Made by a program: the position numbers and the translations under genes. The notes below the pieces were generated by a model, which was given only the letters and a program-made list of their open reading frames with translations, ran no database searches and was not told the origin of the DNA. A stretch of 62,964 nucleotides of DNA, counting the filler, from Saprolegnia diclina VS20 (lineage: Eukaryota), in the NCBI RefSeq assembly GCF_000281045.1. It is 3 parts of one record of this genome, joined end to end, with 100 filler letters (N's around TTAATTAATTAA, not from the genome) between each part and the next. Parts side by side here need not be neighbours in the genome. Positions count along the whole stretch, not along the records: positions 46,407 to 62,964 come from NW_008246087.1; 2 more parts are not named here. One strand, given 5' to 3'. This document shows positions 56,001 to 62,964 of this stretch, piece by piece; the first letter of the stretch is position 1; each line of letters begins with the position of its first letter.

Positions 56001-57098
56001 TTCCAGCGCGACTCAATGTGGTATTACTACGACAACGAGAGTAGCTACGAGAGTGGACGTGGCCATTAGCTCGGGTACGCGCCATTGATAACGACGGGTG
56101 GAGAAGTCGCACGTAGAAGATGGACGAGTTGGTGGAATCTGAAAACGACGTGCGTTTGTATAGCCAGTGGCCAAGCCGATGAGAGCGCTTCCCGACAAGA
56201 GTGCATCGACGACGAGAGGCAACTGCGCACCCCACCACGCACACCACCACCACAAGGTCATGACGAACGCCGCGTGCCAGCCATCCATTGCGATGCTTCG
56301 TTGGTCCATACACGTCCTGGTGCTCACAGAGCCTATCCCACTGTTCGCATCATCGTCGTCGTTGGCATCTGACGGGATGATTATGCTACACATGTGACCC
56401 GATACCCACATCAAGTCACGACCGCACCACGAACCGCGCCTCGTCATTTTTGCCAAGTTGGCGGCTTCAAGATTCATCTCCGCGCTAGCGTCAAGAACGA
56501 CCACGGCTTACAGTACACTCGACCGACCACCATCGCGAGAGGCAGGACACGCCATCCATCGACCGCGTCGTGAGGACATCGCGCGACGGCGCCGACGACA
56601 AAGACATGTAGCACTGCTTGGAGGAGCTCGAAGCTCTGGGATAACGCTGCGGCGCTAAAAACAGGTCGTAAGTCACGCGAGACAACTACCGTCGCCATCG
56701 CCGCTCGCGGTGCACCCAGGCGCGCGGTTGTCCCAGGTCCACTCAAACACGATGTTCGTCGCGGAGCGTTTGGGTTTTGCCCAGTTTTTTCCCGAAGAAC
56801 TTTATGAAGTCTTCTCCCATGTGCTTTTGCTGCCACCTGGATGATGCGGCACTCACGCCGGGGTTCTACTAGTACCGTGCAGTCAGCGCCGTGGCATGAA
56901 GCAGCGAGCTGCCGCCGTCCGACAGCCGGGATGCGCGTGAGCCATCGTCCTAGCGTCTCAACGCAAAGAAAACCCACGGACCTGAAGTGGTTCCAACTTT
57001 TTAATGTTCGACGCTTCCTGGTCGGCCTGACAATCGTCGCAGCCATTTCGCGTCTCGCCAGCTGGCAGTTGCCCACTTTGCCGTTTGCTTTTGCTTGG

Positions 57099-57114
57099 TC
57101 ATTCCCCAACTTGC
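57099..57114 (+). promoter_or_regulatory. Oomycete INR+FPR core promoter
   Basis: TCATTCCCCAACTTGC just upstream of ATG 57119. Confidence 0.65.
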
Positions 57115-57118
57115 GAGC

Positions 57119-58195
57119 ATGAGCTTCAGTGCCAAGTTGTCGCCCGAGGCGCGGCGCCAGCTCATCAACGCGGGGTACGGCCAGATCATCTCGCTCCTCC
57201 TCGTCGTCACGTCCATCTTTACGCGCTACCTGAACGATGCCAATGCGTCGCTGCCGACGTTCCAGACACTCTTCCTCTACGGCGGCCTCACGGTCACGTA
57301 CCTTGTCTACCACGTCGTCGCCAAGCGTCCGCGCGTGGACCTGCCGTGGTGGTACTGGGCGATCCTCGGCCTTGTCGACGTCGAAGGCAACTACTTTGTC
57401 GTCCTCGCCTTCCGCGGCATGTCCAACTACGCGGTCATGGGCCTCGTCGTGCACATGACGATTCCGTTCGTGACACTCTTGAGTTTCCTCTTCCTCCGCC
57501 GCAAGTACCTCCCCGTGCACATCATCGGCTGCATCCTCGCCATTGGCGGCTGCACGCTCATCTTCATCGCGACGACGGCAGACGGCGACTACCCGGACCA
57601 GGTCAAGAGCAACTTGTACGCGCTTCTCGGGTCGCTCGGCTACGCGCTCTCCAACCTCCTCAACGAGTTTGCGGTCAAGAAGGGCGGCATTGATGCCAAC
57701 ATTGAGTGTCTCGGCATGATTGGCATCTGGGGCCTCGTCATCTCCGTCATCCAATTCTACTGCGTCGAGTACGACCAGTTCAAGACGGTCGACTGGGACG
57801 GCGCCAAGATCGGCTACACCTTTGGCTACGTGCTCACCATGTATGTCTTTTACACGGTCGTCTCGGTCTTTCTCCGCATCACGGAGGCGCTCATGTTCAA
57901 CCTCTCGATGCTCACGTCCGACTTGTACTCGGCGCTCCTCATCCGCTGGATCTTTGGCAACACAGTCCCGAACTTGTACTGGCCCGCGTGGGGCCTCGAG
58001 GTTGTCGGTATCGTCCTCTACTCGCTCCGCGAGCCGATCCAGCTCCGCCGCGACGACCCCAACTGGTGGCTCAACAAGGTCTGGAACACGATCGCGATCC
58101 GCCTCGGCCTCCCCATCAAAATGCCCGTCGAGTCGCCGGCAGAATACGTCGACACGCCGACCAAGAAGAACAGCTACGTCGAGCAGCACGCATGA
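57119..58195 (+). CDS. SLC35F1/F2-family (DMT superfamily) transporter
   Basis: GQIISLL, LVDVEGNYFVVLA, YALSN..E, FNLSMLTSDLYS; about 10 TMs. Confidence 0.9.
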   Translation: MSFSAKLSPEARRQLINAGYGQIISLLLVVTSIFTRYLNDANASLPTFQTLFLYGGLTVTYLVYHVVAKRPRVDLPWWYWAILGLVDVEGNYFVVLAFRGMSNYAVMGLVVHMTIPFVTLLSFLFLRRKYLPVHIIGCILAIGGCTLIFIATTADGDYPDQVKSNLYALLGSLGYALSNLLNEFAVKKGGIDANIECLGMIGIWGLVISVIQFYCVEYDQFKTVDWDGAKIGYTFGYVLTMYVFYTVVSVFLRITEALMFNLSMLTSDLYSALLIRWIFGNTVPNLYWPAWGLEVVGIVLYSLREPIQLRRDDPNWWLNKVWNTIAIRLGLPIKMPVESPAEYVDTPTKKNSYVEQHA

Positions 58196-58844
58196 TGGAA
58201 CTAGAGAGCGATTCTCAACAACACCATATAGCTGTCTGTAGGTTACACTGTCGACTTCTCTCTCTCATATCCAAGCACCACAATCATAGCGTTGGCCGAC
58301 GCTCCTAGTCTTGCACAGCGTCGTTCACGACTGCCTCTTCTACATGCGCTTCTTCCGCGGTGCCTGGTGCAACCAGAGGAACCAGTGTATGCAATGCTGC
58401 AGCCCGCTGGCTTCTACCTGTCGTCGATCGAACGTTCTGAGTCGGCTTTGCATGAACAACTCGGAAGAACTCCTCATGGATGCAGCGAGTGGACTCCGTG
58501 ACGCCTCTCTCTCGACCGCTCAAGTTGGCACAGCAACTACTACGTCAACTACTACGTCGACTAGAACCGACTAGAACGAAGCCAGAAGGAGCAGGATATA
58601 TGCGATCGCGTAGCGAATGGAGTACTCTTCTGCTTGATTCCTTCCGTACCCCACAACGTAGAACCATCTCTATGGCCCGATGACTGGGATGCTTCGATCG
58701 CCTGGCATACTGTGGGTCCTCACTGTGGTCTAACCAAGCACGCTGTAAGGGAGATGGTGCAGAGGTCAGGCGACAAGCAAGACTGTGGTGGGTCGTGTTG
58801 GTGGTAGTACAAGGGTCTCGGCGGCAGTCGGCATCGTGGTCGCC

Positions 58845-59889
58845 TTACAGATCCCGTAACCGCTTGGCGACCTCGGTGAAGGACTTGAGCACCTTGAGCC
58901 CGCCCTTCTCGGCCTTGTCGCAGTCGATCTTTTGCGCACTGAGGAGGGACGTCTTGAGGTCCTTGAGAAGGGGGCAGTCGGCGCCTTCGTGGCGCTCGAG
59001 CACTTGCATTTGGTTCTTGTACGCCTATCGCCCAAGTTATCATGAGACGACATGATTGGCAGCGTGGCCGCCTACCACGACGAGCAGCTCCTGGACTTCC
59101 TTGGCCGGCATCGCAAAGAACGTCATGAACGTTGGCTTCCCGCCGCTGTTGCGCTTGTCGACGATCGAGCCCATGTTGTCGCCCTATTATTCGGGCATCG
59201 TACGCTCAGCAAGATGAGGTGCGGGACGCTGGCTACCTTGACGCTAATGAACGCGCCCGTAAAGCCGTCCAACGGCTGCAAGTCGGCCGTCTCTTCGTAG
59301 TTGATGTCTTTTGGCGGCCAATCGAGCGCATACCACCACCTACATGCATTGTGGTAAGCCATTGACAAGCATGGACGCTCGTCTACCTGCAGAGAAGCTC
59401 TTGGACGAGCCGTCCCTTGAGTGTGTCGTAGAGGGCTTCGGAGCATTCTTGCTGCTTGAACGCAATGTGCGCGACCTTGCGCGTCGACTTGGTCGAAGGC
59501 GCCAACGTTCGCTTCTCGATCTTGACGTCGGCCTCCTTCTTGACCTTCTTGGAGCCATTCGCCGCTTCCTTCTTGACCTTGGGCTCGGCCTTGACCTTGG
59601 GCTCGGCCTTGACCTTGGGCTCGCTCTTGGCGCTGGGCTTCTTCTTGAAGGCAGAAATCGGCTGGTCGTCGTCCTCGCTGCTGCTACTGCTCTTCTTGAC
59701 CTTCTTCATCGTCATGAGCGGCTTGTCCTCGTCCGAGTCCGTGTCATCGTCGTCGACGATCTGCCGCTTCATGCTCGGCTTGGCCGGCTGCTCGCGGAGC
59801 TTGGAGAGAGGTACGTCTTCGTCGCTGTCCCTACGCATGTACACGCGTCAACCTCGACCATCGCTTCCATGCTCCTACGTCGAGCTCAT
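58845..59889 (-). CDS. Hypothetical protein: charged low-complexity N-terminus plus LLCRWWYA domain, multi-exon
   Basis: MSST|DSDEDVPLSKL..(KAEPKV)x3..LVQELLCR|WWYALDWPP..|..|AYKNQMQVL..RLRDL*, joined by GT-AG introns. Confidence 0.75.
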
Positions 59890-60391
59890 GGCGGCGCCAA
59901 CGGTGGAAATGTGTGGAGTCGATTTTAGCTCAAGGGACACCTCTTAAATTAAATATCCCTTTTGGCAGGTTCGAGCCAAACAATAGCTTGCATATTGTAT
60001 ACCATAATCAGTATAGGTTCGACGATCGCTTACCTCAATCACTGTATACTATACGTTTCTACAGCTTAACACGTGGCAAGCTGCTGGCCATGCTCAAATC
60101 CGTGTACTCAAATCGCAGCTCTGCTCCAACACTAGGCCTGTCGGTACAAAATGAGATGCTAGCACGAGTTCCTGCTAGTTGCGAGTATACTAATATACTA
60201 TCATATAAACCTAATCGTCTTCATTGATGCCCCTCAACGGCTTGACGGACTCGATAACGCGATGGCACCGGAGTCCGTGGTCGGTCTTGGAGTGCTGCTC
60301 GGGCGCGAATGGGTGGACCTCGGACCCTTTTGGCCGCCGCAGCTCGCGTCGTACAGTGGGCTGCCATCTTCCTTCCGTCGTATGTCGTACA

Positions 60392-62267
60392 TCATCGATC
60401 TTCTTCGGTTGCATGTAAGTTATCGGTGCTGCGGCTCGATACGTTCCGGCGCATCGCCCACTTGTCCCCCTCTGTGTTCAAGTTAAGGGATGTCTCTGCC
60501 TTCATGATCACCGACGAGCGCTTCTCGCGCTCGACAAGCGGCGGCACTCCCTTGGCTGCCCCCACCATCCCATGACGACCTGTCGACCGCAGGCTCGCCA
60601 TTTGGGACATGCCGCTCATGCCGAATCGCATCACCTTGGTGCGCTGGTGGTGGCGCCGTTTATTGCCTACGCATGTCATCCAGAGTCGGTATTGAATAGC
60701 GCACGTACGGAATGCCACGTGGGCAAAAAAGAGTGTGTGTTGCTCTTCTGGGGAGAGCGACTGGCGGTGTTTTGCGTAGAGGTGGTAGCATGCACTAAGG
60801 AGCGCACTCGACACCAACACCACGACCGCGATGAAAAGGCTGTCGTCTTGAAACCCGAGAAGCGCGAGAAGCAAGATCGCCCACACAAGCGCGCCAAAGA
60901 CAGCCCCGGCGCGGCCCAACGGGTTGGACCACGTGTACTGGAGCTGGCCAAAGCGCCGCTTCATGTGCAGCGACGCGTAAGACGACGCTATGTACACGCA
61001 CGCCGCGTATACCATTGCAATGGCATACAGCGTGCGCTCCAGCATCGGTACCCCATACGCGAGACTGCAGAGCGCAAGAGACGACAGCGACGTCAGCACA
61101 AGCGCTTTCGAATGCGACAAGTGGCGGACGTGGAGCTCGCCCAGCTCGGCGGGAAGGAGTTTGGACTTGGTCATGCTAGCAAGAATTGACGACGTGGCAA
61201 GGACATAGCCGTAGAGTGTTGCGACTGTCGGTGGCAACGCAAAGATACTCGCCGACGCTTCCGAGATGGACCAGCCAAGTGCAAACCCTGCCAAAGGTCG
61301 TATCAGAACCTTGTCCATCAAACAGCGGCGCGTACCTCGGCTCAAGACACTGGTGGGGACCTCGTCGGTGGACATGGGTACGCCAAGTGTAATGACAAAC
61401 ACACCTGTACCAAGAGCACACTGTGTTAGCATCGCACGGACGTGGCCGTGCGCAAGTACGTCGACTGGCCGGTGCACGCTGTCGGCAACAGTACTAAGGC
61501 CCTCGAGCCCGACGAAGAAGCGCGCGTGGGCGGGCAAGTCCTTCATAAAGGCGGAGATGCCGCCGCGGACACCGTCGTCGGGGAGCGTGGCGAAGCTGGC
61601 GTGCGACGCGGCGGAACCCATGTAGGAGAATGGTCACCGAAGAGGCTGCAAGGACATAGTTGAGAAGCCAAAAGACACGGCCGCCGCGGTAGTGCACCGA
61701 GAGGATCGCACCGTGCGCCGCTATCCACACGAGCGGCGGCACATATGCTGTCGACAGGATGGCGCGCGCACACGGGCTTTTTGCGTCTACACCGGTGGCA
61801 CCCATGTGAATGCCGTCTCGATTGGTATCCTTGGCGACGGATACCAATCACGCAGGGTACCTCTCGGAATGCACCAATCAACGTACGGGTGCGAGATCGC
61901 AGACAAGGTGTCCGACTGTGAGCGTGAGGGCGCTCGCGTAGCAAACAAAGGAAAGTGCCTCGGCCGAGCCGATGAGAAACCCGAGATAGTAACCGAGCGC
62001 GCAGCGCCCGACGCCGTAGACACCACCGCTGAACGGAAGGGCACTTGTGCGCTCCGCGGTGATAAAGCTGAGGCAGAGATACGCGCAGGCGAGGAGACCA
62101 AATACGATCGCGCGGCTCGTGACGCCCGCACTCGTCGTGGTCCAGCCGGTACACTGGCTGCCGAGCCCCAGCGTAAGACCAAGACACCAAATCGTCGTTA
62201 TCGATGCGGGATAACGATGGTCACGGGACGCGTGCTGACGCGATAAGGTCGGCCGCCGTGCTTCCAT
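60392..62267 (-). CDS. Amino-acid permease (APC superfamily), possibly frameshifted/pseudogene
   Basis: IWCLGLT..G..GW, AERTSALPFSGGVYG..RCALG..GFLIG, FFVGLE, LPPTVATLYG; frame change near 61625. Confidence 0.7.
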
Positions 62268-62673
62268 TTCAACAACAGAAAGGCGATCGAAATACCCAAG
62301 CGTTTTTGAAAACAGACCTGTCTCTGGACCGTTCATGTCACTATAGACACCGCCAACGTATGGCAATGAGCATGATACCTTATACTGTGACCTGTAGATC
62401 GGTCACACTTGGTCGGGACGGTGGGTTGAAGGTGTTCATATTACCAGCGACAGAGTCTACGGAAAGTATGTCCAAGACGACTTCGTAACTCTTTATGTAC
62501 TTTTGAAATACTATTCTGGACGAATCGCTCCGTTGTACGCAGTACACTCCCAACGACCCAGTGCTGGTGCCAACTCCGTAGCGCAAATAAGTCTTTGAAT
62601 TTGATGTCAGCGCGCCACGTTGATTGTCATGTCCTCCTTGTACACCACCGCTACAGTACGGGTGCTGACGTCA

Positions 62674-62952
62674 TTAGAGGTCCTCCACGTCCTGGAGCAC
62701 GAGCGGGGCAATGGCCGCCGACGGTCGTCTTGTCGCTGTCGTTGCAACGTCGCGTGGCACCACCGATGCGTTGAGGCGGCGCGGTTTGCGCATCGAGAAC
62801 GAAAACGACGTCTCGCGCGTCCACGTCACGCTCGGCCGTCGCTTCTCCGTCTTGTGCAACTGGATGAGCTCCTTGACGCGCCGCGAGCGAACGAGCTGAT
62901 GCAAGTTGGTGCTTGGCCGTCGTCGCCGCAGTTGGTTGGCCGTCTCATTCCC
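62674..62952 (-). CDS. Terminal exon of a gene extending beyond the window
   Basis: Open frame after a TTTGTAG acceptor; basic low-complexity tail, possibly from a neighbouring permease paralog. Confidence 0.45.
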   Translation of the reverse strand, partial: GNETANQLRRRRPSTNLHQLVRSRRVKELIQLHKTEKRRPSVTWTRETSFSFSMRKPRRLNASVVPRDVATTATRRPSAAIAPLVLQDVEDL

Positions 62953-62964
62953 TACAAACCATTT

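Noticed and set aside
56474..58189. 571-aa minus-strand ORF (similarly 47199-48401, 40365-41453, 26612-27568, 45538-46362)
   Set aside because: Antisense shadows of real genes, caused by high GC3 codon bias.

Overview
Eukaryotic, GC-rich draft genomic DNA. It is most likely from a Saprolegniales oomycete (Saprolegnia/Achlya-like). The basis is very short GT-AG introns, oomycete INR+FPR core promoters, a disintegrin-repeat gene, flagellar genes and a large TM protein of a type I associate with this lineage. The window has three assembly gaps. 0.5-5.8 kb: a 1757-aa multi-pass membrane protein made of two tandem homologous halves. 6.1-25.5 kb: a tandem array of about 15 paralogous copies or fragments of an intronless gene, with a conserved F-box-like N-terminus and RNI-type LRRs. 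Five copies are intact, one has a single in-frame TGA at a conserved Cys, and the rest are frameshifted, deleted or inverted. Most copies are preceded by the same GCCACG-N5-CCAATCA element. 26.7-45.3 kb: a gene-dense block containing a disintegrin-repeat membrane protein, LYR protein, WDR31, a coiled-coil protein, a PH protein, two TMEM14 paralogs, GAR1, a PAF-acetylhydrolase-like gene, GOT1, an Mx-like dynamin with an inserted Tudor/Agenet-like module, GET4, BBIP1 and a tandem Coa1/Tim21-like protein. 45.5-63 kb: a coiled-coil fragment, purple acid phosphatase, GH89 NAGLU, a bacterial NiaP-like MFS transporter, an unexplained 3.6-kb stretch, an SLC35F transporter, a hypothetical protein and a possibly broken amino-acid permease. 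All family calls come from motif recognition by eye, not from database searches. Multi-exon coordinates are outer bounds.
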